DNA of 63,194 nucleotides, filler included, from Craspedostauros australis (Eukaryota), in NCBI GenBank assembly GCA_030167865.1. It is 12 parts of 12 records of this genome, joined end to end, with 100 filler letters (N's around TTAATTAATTAA, not from the genome) between each part and the next. Parts side by side here need not be neighbours in the genome. Positions count along the whole stretch, not along the records: positions 39,104 to 53,960 come from JALAGF010006611.1; positions 54,061 to 55,417 come from JALAGF010006612.1; positions 55,518 to 61,862 come from JALAGF010006614.1; 9 more parts are not named here. One strand, 5' to 3'. This document shows positions 45,129 through 58,119 of this stretch, piece by piece; the stretch's first letter is position 1, and the number at the start of each line of letters is the position of its first letter. Under the pieces are notes generated by a model. That model saw nothing but the letters and a program-made list of their open reading frames with translations. It was not told the DNA's origin and ran no database searches. Made by a program: the position numbers and the translations under genes.

Positions 45129-45913
45129 ATCAGCTCAAGCCAAGCCAACCCAATCAAAAATAAATCCCACGTCAAGAAAGCAAGTCAAGTGGAATCGCTG
45201 GACCAAGAAGGATCCAGCAAAAACATACAGCACCGCAAAGCGCACACGCCAAATCACACCACACCATAACATGAGGAATAGATGTGTCACATGTCTCAAG
45301 TACTCATACTCGTACAAATACTACATGCCGTCCGAAAATGCTCATGTTCGTAATGGCGTTGTCGTGTGGTCATGAAGGGGAGTGTGTGAGCTGGGTGATC
45401 CGGTCGGTATCAGCGGGAGGCTGGCACGGAACTGTGTTGATTTTGTGTGAACAAGATGAGTTCAGGAGTCAGCACAATGGTGTCGTGTCGCACATGTTGT
45501 GTTCATGAGTGAAACCGTCAAACCGATCCCGCCATTTCGGAAATTAGACGGAAGAGGAATCGTTGCGATTGGTCAAATCCTGTGTAGTCGTGTGTCTGAC
45601 ATTGCATTGACTGAAAGACTGAAAGAGGCTCATTCATACAGATCATCCATTTGTTGTGATTCATTTCTTGCGTTTCACTCACAAATCGCGAATCTTCGAA
45701 CAACGCAACAGAAGAAAGAGGAACAATCCATTCCGAGTGTTGAGGGTGTTGGCGCAAGTCGTCGCGAATGATGCACACATGCCTCGCGCGAGCGCATGGT
45801 ACACACAGCACATGTCATAGATTACTGGTGCAAATACCTCTGCAGACACGGAGGGAGTGCGTCGGACGCCGTGCACCATTCGCAACTGTCAGACCTGGGA
45901 GCATTAGGCCACA

Positions 45914-47918
45914 ATGGCATCCGCAGCGCAACGGAAGTCGAAAACAGATCCGACCGAAACGGATTCCAAGGAAAGCGCCCAAGAGAAAGCCAAGCGGCTG
46001 CTTGATGGCGCCACGGACGTGCTGGAGGCAGTGGACCAGGCGCAAATCTTCCAGCAGAGAGACACGCGTGACTTCCCTACCTTCCAGCGGTCAGAGGTTC
46101 GGTTGGCGGAGCGCAAGCTGGGGAGCGGAGGATTTGGCATTGTGTACACTGTGGAGGAATTCACGTTGGCGTCTGAAAGCTCAACCAGCGTGGACCAGTC
46201 GAATGATGATGAATCACCGTCACAAGACGCCGCAGAGAATCCTCCGCAAGGCACAGATGATGCCGAAGCAAAGCACTCCGATCCAGTCGATTACAAACTG
46301 CTGCAAGACCTGGGCGAGGTTCTGGGTCTGGATCGAAGGCGCCACGAAGCGGATGGTGGTGACGAACATGGGGATGCAGAGATGCATTACGACGTCGAGT
46401 CGGCCCGAGGAATTATGAAAGAACGATGCATCCGTATGGGGCAGGCGCGGTATGCCCTGAAGCACCTGCGGGATGATTTGGATGAGGTGGACCGCGTTCG
46501 TGGCATGATCGATTTGGCAATCGAGATTTCGTACTTGAAGGTCTTGTGGCATCCCAACATCAGTAAGTGGATGCACGCGGAACCGATAGTCCACTCGATT
46601 GCAAACACAGGCGTTGCACGGACCGTTCGTGGGATCCAAAGAGGTCGGCAAAACCAATGTTTGGATGTTGTGATCGCCGCTTCTCAGCTTTGACTCACCC
46701 GTCCCAATCGTTTTTTTCTTCTTCTTCTCCCTCCGCACACCCCCGGCACAACATGCGCGCTTCAGTCAAAATGAGAGGCGTGTCAGATACTGTGCGCGTA
46801 TCTCCGGATACATTCCTCATCCTCGACCGGTTATTCGGAACCCTGGACGACAAGTTAGACGACTGGCGTCAAATGTACGAAGCCAACAAGGGCGGGTCTT
46901 GCATCTGCGGCAGACAGGGTAGGAACGAACCTGCTTTGCAGCAGCTGATGAGAGATCGACTGCTCGTTGCATACGATCTGACCCAGGCCTTCAGGTACTT
47001 GCATTCGCACAGGTAGGCTTAGAAGTAGAGTTGGCACACTATTCATCATTGCATTGTGCAGTGTGGAGTGCACAGCCTTTGCCACGACCGATCGATGTTG
47101 CTGCCAACCAAACTCATCAAAAACTCACACTCTCACGAACCCATGCATCCATGCATTAATACTTCAACGGCTGTCATGTCTGCGTCTCGTCGTGTCTCGA
47201 CCATCCGCTCTGCTCCATACCAAACGCATGCGATGCTCCATTCGAAAATCCACGATTGTACCACACGGTGCGTACTATTATTGTTTTTCTTTTCGAACCA
47301 ACCCACCGCCGACAAAACGATCCATCTTCTCTCCGGGTACATATGTGCAGACTGCTCTATCGCGACATCAAACCGGAGAACTTTGGATTTGATGTGCGTG
47401 GCGATGTGAAGGTATTTGACTTTGGCCTTGCACGCTCGATGGAGGAGAAGGATGCGGTCAAAGGCTACGGCTTCCAGCTGACCAAACTGACAGGAAGCGT
47501 ACCGTACATGGCGCCGGAAGTGGCACTGGGCAAGCCGTACGCCCATGAAGCTGATGTCTTCTCGCTCTCCATCGTTCTTTGGGAGATGCTGAGCTTGAAG
47601 TGGGCGTTCAATGGTTATTACCTGAAGGAGTATGTTAAGTTCGTAGTGAGGGGGAATGAGCGGCCCCCGGTCAACGCGAGCTGGCCCGCAATCATCCGCA
47701 CGATTATCGCGGAAGCATGGGATGTGGAGCCACAAAAGCGCCCAGGGATGAAACGCTTCGGAACGTTGCTGCGAGGAGTCTTGGAGAACATCTCGCCAGA
47801 CGACGAAGTCGTCAATCGCACCCAGCATATGCTGAATCGTTCCAGGCGATCGTTCCGATTCCGTGCCAGCAGCTTGCGGTCACCTCGCCACACGATCCAT
47901 CGTGGCGATGAGCAGTGA
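45914..47918 (+). CDS. Protein kinase (TKL-like); introns 46563-46765 and 47013-47350
   Basis: LGSGGFGIV, YALK, spliced HPNIIKMRG and HRLLYRDIKPEN, DFG, YMAPE, DVFS; canonical GT-AG sites. Confidence 0.93.
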
Positions 47919-48675
47919 CGTCGCTTGTCTGCAGGTATGTGGAGATGGATACCTGTGTACGGATGTGGTAATCGCATGGGTGGATGTGGATGTGGATAGA
48001 CACTGGTGCCAACAGACCAAGCGCGCACACGCCCATACGAGGTGCGTCGGTGTGTTTGATAGCCTTGCGATAGTACAATTACTCGTAGAGTAGATCGGTC
48101 GAAGAGCCGATTCCTATGAAATACCAACCTGTGAACCATCTCAACGCGTGAAAGATGTTGCACGTCGAGGAGATTCGTTGTACATACAGTACTCGTACAG
48201 AATACGCGGAGGGCCGACATGAGCAAGATGATCAACACCTTGTTATCGCTTGTGCCAACCTACGTTTGACTGCCACATGCATGGTTGATTACGGATCCTT
48301 GATCGACTCACGTGCGATAGCCAGGTCACAGGAATCGTGATTGCAGTTTTGACATCTATCCTCCGATTACTCGTAGCTTGTAGGTACTAACACACTACGT
48401 ACCATCCCTTTGCTCCAATCAGTGCCTCGTCTCCATGCATGCCGACGCTTTCCATCCCATCACCAACGAAGCCGATGAGCATCCAACGGACAATCGCAGA
48501 GAACATCATTCCTCTCCGTATCACTGCTGCTGCTGCTGCCACCACTCTCATGTCCTTCCCAAACCCCACGCGGTCTCCAGAGTTGGTTGCGGCGCCTCAC
48601 GTACGTACTCGTAACTCTCCCCCCATCACCCCAATCAGGAATTCGTTGCGTGCCATGGCTCAACGTGCATGATCC

Positions 48676-51600
48676 TTACTTGTTCCGCGGTCCCGTGTAA
48701 TTCTTCAAGTACTTGACCACGGACTCCTCACCTCTCGTCTCCCATTCCTTGCGGTTGGCTTTTGCGTAGTTGAGGTATTCCGCTGATGACACCCCGAACA
48801 CGCCGCATTCTTGCAGTTTGCGTGCCAATGGAATGATGTAAAAGTCGAAGAAGCCCATCTCGCCTTGGTACCAGCCCACCGACGGATCCGTGTCGGAACG
48901 TCCCATCTGATAAGCCTTGTACATTTCATGGAACAACTTCTCGTTCCATTTGACGTAGATGTGCCAGTGCTGCATGGTGTGGGCGACGTCAGATGCCTGG
49001 ATCAAGTGCTCGATGACGATGGTGGCCATCCGGTTGGCAACTTGCTGGTGGCCAGACTTAGCGTTCGCATCACCTGACAGCTTTCTGCGCTGCTGGAAGG
49101 CTGTATCCCAGCGCTCCTTCCGAAGCACGCCCAGATCCTTGTCCATAATGTCCGTGGCCAGCACCATGTTCACCATGAGCTTGCGGAACCGTTCGAGCTC
49201 TTCCTTGGTCTGGTAGATGCAAGCCCGGAAGTCTGCGTACCTTGGCTCCATCAGAAGATCCCAGGCGAGGTCCAGAGAGTTCTGCTCTGCGATGCTCTTG
49301 TTCTTGTACATCTCAGCCAGAGGTGTCTTCTCCTTGGCAAGCTGCGTGTTGGGCACGCCCTGATGATCCACATCGTGGATAAGCGCTGCGAAAACACAAG
49401 CGAATTGCGTGATGGGGTCGGAGGTGATGCCGAAGGTGTACTTGTGCAGATCTTTCGCGGTGTCCGTCGTGTAACGCATGGCCTTGTAGTCGATGGAATC
49501 TGCGGTCACGATTCGCGACAGCAACTTGATCGTCGACTGCACGACGTGGCTGGCGTGCGAAAAGCCGTGGAACGAGTTGTCCTGGTACATGTTGCAAATG
49601 GTTCGGACGAAGTCCTCCACCTGCGAGAGCACTTGCGGGCTGATCTTGACCGATTGCGGGTCTATTTTTTGTTCCATCGCATGGTTTGGGAGCTGGATGA
49701 CCTCCGTGAGCTCGTCGAAGGATGACTCGCCGGGCTGCCGGAAATTCCCTGCCTCGCCTCCTTTGATAACTTTGCGGGAACCAGACTTCGGATCTCGCAT
49801 GCTGACTATCTTGCGAAGCAACGTATGGAGCACATCAACGTTCCATTGGATCTCAAGTTCGGCATCGATCCGATATGCCTTGGTCTTGCGAGTTCTGGCG
49901 GTTGGTGTTGTTGTTGCTGCTGCTGCCAATTGATTTGATCCCTTGGGTGACGGGCGGGCTTTCGAGATTGATTCAGAGGAATCGAATTGGCTGTTGCTAT
50001 TGGTCTCACTGGAGCTGCTCTCGATGCTTCCTGCGATGCTGTCATCATCGCTGTGCTGGTTTTCCATTCCGTTGGTCGACTCGAGTTGCGCTTCTTTTTT
50101 CTGTGCATCGTACATCTCACGCTGCCCTCTGACCACCCAGTACGTTTGCAGCGAGCCTTTGCCCTTCGCCATGACCTGGTCCTCTCGCTCCATAATCCAC
50201 AACGCCTTGCCAGCCTCGATGAGCTCGTCCGCAGTCTCTTGCGAGACTTGGATGCGATTTGGAATCCCGGTCTGCTCCATCCGGGCGGCCGTGTTCACCG
50301 TATCACCGAACAGCTGGAAGCGCGACTTGTCGCCGCGAAGCACCCCGGCGGTGACAGGTCCGGAGTGCAACCCGAGTCTCATCTTCAGCTCTGTCGTGTC
50401 CGGGCCCAAGGTCACGGCGAGTTTGCGGACGATCACCTCGATCCTGGCCACGCACGCAATGGCGAAACGCGTCATCACGACGGCATGGTCCGGCATAGAT
50501 TCGGGCAGGCCCGTCACTGCGACGTAGCAATCGCCGACCGTTTCGACCTTGAAGACCTGCAGGCGGCGGGCGATCTTATCAAAGCAGGCAAAGAATGCTT
50601 CCAAAAGTTCAAAGACCTCAGCTGGCTGTCGGACGCTTGACCACGCTGAAGGTGGTCCATAGAATGAACGCGAATACGTAATTAGAGCGTATGTACAAGG
50701 TGCAAGGTAGACGCAGTAATGTTTGAGATTCAATCAATGGTGAAGATACCAATATCCAGCATGTGCGGATTGTATGCCGAGAAGTCAAATGGTAGGGGTG
50801 CAGTGGGGGTGAGTGCGGTGATCGATGGTTGATGGTGTTCAGAGTGCCAAAAGCAGTGCATCGTAGTACCATCCCAGACGTATGTAGTACAATTCAACAA
50901 GCAACAAATATTTCGTTCTGAAATTCATGAGGAAGTTCTCCCTCGGCATCCACAACAAAATCAACGTCGCACAGAGTCGAGCTTCGTACCTGTGAAACCA
51001 ACCACGTCGGCAAACAAGACTGTGACGTGCGGGAACAGATCTGCAATCGGCTTGGACTTTTTACGAATGATGCGTTGCGAAAGCCGTGCGCGGGGACGTG
51101 GTCTTGCTTGCTTCGGGGAGTGGCCCGCCTCCCAATTCGTCGTATCCACGGAATCACAGTCTGTGCCGAACTCCCTGGATGGAGTCGGAGCTGTTCCAAC
51201 GAACGAATTCTTCTTGGACTTGCCCCGTTTGGACTTCTTGCTGCGTTTCTTTTTACGATCTCCGTCGTTGAGCAGCCGATCGCGCACGTTCTGCGGGAAC
51301 AGGGAGCTGACGATGGTGGCAGATCGTGCTGCCACCTTCAAGATCTTCGACTGCCTGTTCTCCACGAGATAGTCGTACAGCACGAAAGCCAAAGCTGTGA
51401 CCACGAAGGTGATGCTGACTGCGATGGCATTGACGAATGGCTGGTTCGTGTGATACTCATCAAAAAAAGCCTGCGTCGGGTATGCGTGAAACGTGTACCT
51501 GCACTGACTCAATTCGCTCATGCTCTCGAACGGTTGAGTCTCCAGGTACTTGTCCGTGTCCTTTCCGTCGATGTCGTCATGGTGATCGCCCACTCCCCAG

Positions 51601-53488
51601 AATGTGCTCACGGGTCCTTCGACTTCGAATGTTACTGTGGTCGAAGCGTTGCAATCGTTGCGAATGACCAGGCTGATTGCTTCGGTGGTCCTGTCGTAGA
51701 TGTTGTTGAACAGCGGCGTCCATGGGATCTGCGTTCCCAGCGACCCCACCATCTCGCCGCTCGCATCTCCGTCCTTCGACAGCTGGCTGATCTGCAACGT
51801 CTTCCAGATGGGGGTGTCGTAGTAGATCGATGGACCAAGCAATGGATCATCTGTGGGCTCGTCTACTTGGCGGGCTTCGACATAGCCAAACAATCCGCGC
51901 CTTGCCTTTTGTGAGCGAAGGTGCGTTTGCCGGAAGGGGCCGTTGCCCAAGGCGTCGAAATTGAAGATGTACACGGACTCGATGGGTGAAGTCTGTGCCA
52001 CTGGGACGAAGAAGTCCAACCCTGGGTACGTCGTGGCTGGTTTGTAGTCATCCAAATGCTCGACAACTTCGGGCGATGCACCGCCGTAGATGACACGGGA
52101 CTTGGTACGAGTCAGTTCCGACAGGGTGGGCTCGACGGGGCGCCCCTGATATTCCAGCGCTTCCTCGATCCAGCCAGTGTTGTTGGCATGAAACTGCTCG
52201 TAGGAAGCACGCTGCTCGTTGGCGACGTGAACGAGCATGATGAGGTAGAAATTGCCGGTCGTCTTTTGGAGATCCTTTGCCAACGCCTCGAAGCCAGGGA
52301 TGGTGATGTTGGGCCAGTCTGTGTCTGGGATCGCACGGGCGATGGATGTGATGTGGAGAGCTGCGGTATCGATGTCCGATGCCAGCTCCTCCACGTTCTC
52401 GTTTGCTTTCGCCACGATCTCCGAAACAGCCTCCCGGTACTGCGAGGGGAGTGCATTCGAATGTTGGAGAAGAGGCAGTGGCAGCGACGGCACCAAGAAG
52501 GAGAGAGAGGGAGGGAGAGATTGAATGAGTGAGAATGAAGAGAAAAGACGAGAACAATACTCATACTTATGTTCGTGGCGAGATCATTCGAGCAACCAGT
52601 CCACTCGCATGTCATGCACGGTGCCACATGATGTAAATGCGAGTAAGGAGGAGAGCGCATGATCAAACAATCCGAGAGCAACAGTTCAAGGACAGCGTCA
52701 GCGGCAATGGCATCGAGGCAGTTCCTCTCCCTGTTTCCCACAAGTTGGCATCGAACAACGGCAAGATGCGGCTATTCGTTGGCATGGCCCAAACATACCC
52801 GTTTATGGAAGGCGTTCTCCTCGTTCGTATCGGCGATGTAGTACACCACGTAGCTGCTGCTGGCCGCTGCGATGAGCAACACAATGAAGAAGAAGACCTT
52901 GGATCGTTTCAACCAACGCGTTTCCGTTTCTGCCAATTCTTCATTGTCAGAATCCGGTGATGATCCAGCCGCACCGGAGTCAGGTTTGGCCTCTTGATGC
53001 GTATCATCGTCTTCGACGTCGCCATCGTCGTCGTCGTTGTCTGACGATTCCATCGAGATGGGTTCGATTGGAAGCTCGTAACGTTGGTCAAGATTCTTGC
53101 CATCGCCGTTGTTGTTGCCTTTGTTGATGTTGCCTTTGTTGATGTTGTTGACGTCGCCAGGAAAGATGTCATCCTTGAAGGAGTTGCGTCTTGAGAATCG
53201 TTGATGATTTACAGAAGGAGTGGTTGTCGTGGTTGTGTCCATGGACCCTCCTGAAGAACTGACGCTCGTGTTGATGAAGGAAAGTTCGCCACCCTCTGTC
53301 GAAGATTCGTTGTCGACGGCTCGATTTTGGTGCTGCTGCTGCTGCTGCTGCTGCTGTTGCACGGTGGCGACGTGACTATGGTCTGTCAAGATCTCTTCGT
53401 ATTCATCATCTTCGCTGGAGGATGGCGCCCCATCGCCGCCGTCTTTCTTCATTGCTCCGAACATTTCGTGGTTGGGTTTGGGTGCCAT
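48676..53488 (-). CDS. Transmembrane class III nucleotide cyclase - class I phosphodiesterase fusion; introns 52440-52798 and 50646-50989
   Basis: TM, extracellular domain, TM; spliced LFADVVGFTAWSS; KVETVGDCY, RFQLFGDTVNTAARME; PDE motifs FH..SHASHV, HDVDH, LATD, ASDV. Confidence 0.95.
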
Positions 53489-54060
53489 GGTGGTGGTTGT
53501 TTGTTGTCTCCTCCTGTGTATACGGCTATGCTCGGCTATGCTGTGCTCTGCTCTGCACGCGTGCGTACTCTTTCACCTCTCTTGGAAGTGTCTGTATGAG
53601 TGGTAATATCCCTAATGAGATTTTGGGCCCCCGATGTGACAAATTTGGCACTTCACATTGATGTGACAAATTTGGATCGATGTGCCACATTTGTCACATC
53701 CTGTGTGTTCGCATCGGCCAGCTGAGGTGGTACTGATAAAGTTTTTTGACTTCCACACAGCGTTATCGCGGAGAGGCGCTTTTGTGTCCTCAAAACTCTT
53801 GATTGTTGTTTCTCCAGGATTGGCGTTTGTGCTTCTGTTGGTTTCCGACGACGGTGAGACTATTCGATGCTTCACGGAACTTGTTTCAGTGCTATTTCCA
53901 AGCGAAGTCTGCGATTTTCATCCAATCATTGTCTTTCAACAGTGTCTATGCACGAAGCGTNNNNNNNNNNNNNNNNNNNNNNNNNNNNNNNNNNNNNNNN
54001 NNNNTTAATTAATTAANNNNNNNNNNNNNNNNNNNNNNNNNNNNNNNNNNNNNNNNNNNN

Positions 54061-55417
54061 ACATGGGGTTACACATTGGTGCACTCTGTCGAACGGATAC
54101 GAAAACAAGGAACCACCCACTCCCAACTCTGCCTTGACAGCTTGAATAGAGCATGTCAACATGCGGCCCGTCGGTGTATCCCCGTGCACTTCCTCAAACG
54201 CCAGCTGTATCTGCTGCACCAGTTGGCGGTGCACCGGATTGGGGACCCCGAGTCCTCCGAGCGAGATTGGGGCGTAGACCAGGTCTCTGGGGAATGTTCT
54301 GGAGCATCCCATCTGCGGCAGTGCCGCCAGCAACGCCGGTGCCATAATCCTTCGCCATTGGGCCTCCGTGAGCTGAGTTATCCCCATCACATATTCGATT
54401 GACTTGATGAACCGAAGCACGAGAGCACACCGCGCGTCCTCCTGGGAAAGTTGGGATCGCCTCATTTTACCGGCAAAATCTTCCGCCTTCTTTCGGAGCA
54501 CTTGAATCTGCTGCTCCTCGCTCTCATCGAATGACAGGAACACTCCGAGTGTGAACAATGGCTGCTCCAGGGGTCGGCGCGGAATGTCTCGGCGCTCCCC
54601 GTCCCCGTCCTTGATGGCTATCCCCTCGCTCTCCGTCCCGTCCTTCCATCGCCACTGACCGTTTTCAAATTGGGGAAACATAGACCACCACGCTGATTTC
54701 TTTGGGACAATTGCTCCTCCGGTAACTCGTAGCAGCTCGCTCCAGTCATGCACCATTTCTGCAAAGTTCTCTGCCGTCGCCATCGCGCCTCGACCCAGCA
54801 TGACCAGATCGGTGTCATCCACAAACGCAGACCCCAGNNNNNNNNNNNNNNNNNNNNNNNNNNNNNNNNNNNNNNNNNNNNNNNNNNTGTCATCCACAAA
54901 CGCAGACCCCAGAATATCGAAGGACCCTTCGCTACTTGGGTAAGCGATGGTCTGTTTGTGGCCCCTCTTCTCCATGGCTTTGAACATTACCGAGCTGATG
55001 ACTGCCCAAATTGCGGGTCCTGCACCATTCCCTTGTCCTATGCCATGCATGCAACAGTCGATTCCACTGCTGTAAGACTGCTTCGAAACTCCGTAGGCCG
55101 TGCTAATGCGATGCTCGGCATCTCGAAGTGTGCGGAACATGCATCTTGTTGCTGACGGGTTGGCTCCTGCTGCAATCATTACGGTCGCCGCAAAATTGGG
55201 AACTATGCGGTCGTAGCACGACTTCGCATCGTTGGAGCAAAACCAGATTGGCACCTTCTTTTGTTTGCCAATGTCAATGCTCACTCTCTTGTTGAGTGCA
55301 GCGCTGATGGCCGATCGACCCTTCCTGCTCCCGAACTGAAACTCGGACAACCACCCGCGCTCTTCTGCGGTGGCCATCATTTGTCTTCCCAGCCTCTTGT
55401 TGTTGAGGTTGAATTGA
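54061..55417 (-). mobile_element. Non-LTR retrotransposon reverse transcriptase fragment
   Basis: QFGSRKGRS, NDAKSCYDRI, GIGQGNGAGP, FVDD, GGLG. Its C-terminal end resembles the start of ORF 8706-10337 (TGRMLTCSIQAVKAELGVG vs TGRLLRGSIQAMKTEVGVG). Confidence 0.95.
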
Positions 55418-55517
55418 NNNNNNNNNNNNNNNNNNNNNNNNNNNNNNNNNNNNNNNNNNNNTTAATTAATTAANNNNNNNNNNNNNNNNNNNNNNNNNNN
55501 NNNNNNNNNNNNNNNNN

Positions 55518-55655
55518 CCCTGTAATTCTGACGAATCACAGTATACTATCGACACGAATGTAGTTATACCGTCCAAGTGCGTATGAGAGAATAGCGGGTG
55601 AGCGATGCACATATACTCGTACATCTCGACATATACTCACATGTACATCTCGACA
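55518..55655 (-). mobile_element. LTR family B terminus inserted in a Copia gag-PR spacer
   Basis: Matches 27540-27660 and ends CATCTCGACA. Confidence 0.85.
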
Positions 55656-57640
55656 GTCATAGTCATCGTCGTTGGGATCCTCGTTCCCGTCGTCCATGCT
55701 GTAGTAGGTCACGCCGTCGTAGTATGGCTCTACAGCCGCTGCTGGGGTCGTGCTTTCCCAGTGAAGTCCTGTCACCGGATCGTATGGTGTGACGCGTGGT
55801 CGTTCGCGTAAGAGCACGTGCATGCATCCTCCCAGGATGTAGTGCAGGGTCATGTCTGAGATTGGCTCGTTGTTGTATTCCCCCTACAATCGGTTGATGA
55901 CTGGTCCCTTGGCGAGAATCTCTTCGATGGACCAGAAGTTCTCACACAGCATTGTTGCTGTCGTGGACACCCACAGGTGTTGCTCTCCTGCGTCGACATC
56001 GTCTGGGTATAGCCGCATGCCTGCTGTCATCACAGCGTCGTGGATGAGCTGTCATTGCATAGTCTCCGCGGTTGCTGTTGGTCGTGGGATCGCATCGTTT
56101 CTGAAGCTGATGCCTGGTCTTGCGAATTCCGCGATCGACACATATGCGATGTTGTATGAGTAAGCAACTTCCTCATTCGGATTGAACTATTCCTCCTCTA
56201 CTGTTTCATCACTGCTGTCTTTGTCAAAGATGCCCGTTCTGTTGTTTCCTGCTGCTGGAAGAGGCGTCGCCTCGCTGCCATTCATCTTGTCGTCGTCACA
56301 GTCCGTGCCATTCTTGTTGGGGCCAGCGCCGTCTGCGTTCGCGGCCGCTTCGATCTCGATATCAATGGCCTCTGTTCCCATCACAGCTGTGTTGCCAGAT
56401 GGATGGATGATTTTGCTCATGTTGAAGCAGCACTCATAGCTGACTTCACGACGTGGATCCACCTCATGGATGATTGGCTCCTCGCTGAGCCATTCTGGCA
56501 CGACCTCGTCGTTGTGTACTTTGTCGTCGTTCTGTAAGTGTTGGAAGTTGTCGAAGAATGAATCGTCGATGTAGTCGTCAAACACCTCCATGCAGAACAG
56601 CATGTCCAGTATAGAGAGCACCATCTCATGGCCACTCTTCTTGTATCCCTTGTTTGCTGTGTTGACCTGCTCGTTGGCCTTCTTCTTCTCATAGAACTTC
56701 TTCTTTCGGCACTCCGTATCGCAATGCACAATGATGCTGCAGTAGTGGCATTTCCTGCTGAATCTACTTCCTCTGCCTTTGTTGTTTCGGTTTCCATTTT
56801 TTTATTGTTGATACTGTTCTTCTTGTTGTTCGTTTTCTTCCGCTCGGGGCAATCCGCAGATCAATGACCATACACACCACAATTGTGGCAGGTTCCCTTG
56901 AAATTACCAGAGCTCGCAAACCTGGCATCATTGCTCTTCATAGCGCTGTCCTGGAAATCGTCGATATACGCCTTCCCTCCTTGATTGGTCGAGTATCCTG
57001 TACAAAGGACTCCTCGAATGGCGCTGATGGTGACCACTGCAGCATTGATTGTGAGTTGGTATTCGAAGTTGCTCACTTGTTGTTTGTACTCGATGGCCAC
57101 GGTGCTGAGAATCTGCATGATCATCTTGTCTTTGGTGATCATGTATCCCACATCCAAAAGGCAGGAGTGCAGTAGCTCGAGCCGTGTGATGTAGACATCT
57201 GGATCGGTGTCCCTCTTCATCTTCTTGTTGTTGAACTGACGTTTGAGCTTGATTTCGGTTGGTATGTTGGTTGGCTTGAACTTCTCTGAAAGAATGTTCC
57301 ATGCCTCATGTGGGTTCCCTTGGGGTATTTGTCGGAGATGCACTGGTTGATGTATTGGATGGTTTGCTTACCTGTTCCCTTCTCTGCATCCACGATGAGG
57401 ATCAAATTGCTGAAGCAGTTGGCTGCCAGCTCGTACGTCTCCTCCATCGCTTCCTTGTCTGCTCCCATGGCAGCTGCGATCTCGCTCGCAGTTGGGATTT
57501 TTGTCTTGCCCAACATCACATCTCTTGTCCTCTGCGCACGCGCTTTCGCTTGGGACTCCCAGTTGTTGTAGTGCTCCTGACTACCGCTGAACAACGGCGC
57601 CTTGATGCGTTGCTTGTTCATGTTGGTTGATGTTGCCATG
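55656..57640 (-). pseudogene. Degenerate Ty1/copia gag and spacer, homologous to 32235-33807
   Basis: PLFSG..NWE, GNPHEAW, DPDVYITRLE, CHNCGVYGH-stop; shares PIIHEVDPRREVSYECCFN and LHYILGGCM; stops and frameshifts. Confidence 0.88.
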
Positions 57641-58119
57641 TTGCTTCGTTGTTTTGTTGATGTTGCACGCACGCTTGTTATTCCCATTTGTTTCTGTGTG
57701 ATCACTTTTTTCAATTTTTGCTTGTGTTTGCGCAGAGATATTTCCGTCACAAATTCTTCTTTTCGTGTTGTCGCGCTTTTTCCATGTTGCTCGGCTGTGC
57801 GAATGGTCTTCGCCACATCTGTCTCTTCTTCCTTGATGCCCATGAGAATGCTCTTCTGCACTCGTTGTTGTCTTGCAGACATTTCCTCTTTGGTCTTGTT
57901 GATTGCGCTTCCTGCTGCGCTCAAGAGGACAGTGGGCACACCCGCTTCCTTCTGTGGTTGAAGTGGAGTCTTGCTTGCACCTTCTTCTTTTTTATAGTCG
58001 GGTTGGACAGAGGGATGTCTTTCAATTCCTCTTCCTCGCTCATTCAGCCTTGTGCTCTTGAGCGTCGCTGTCTGCTTCGTCCAATCCATGGGCTCTCCCT
58101 GATCTATTGTTCATGAATG

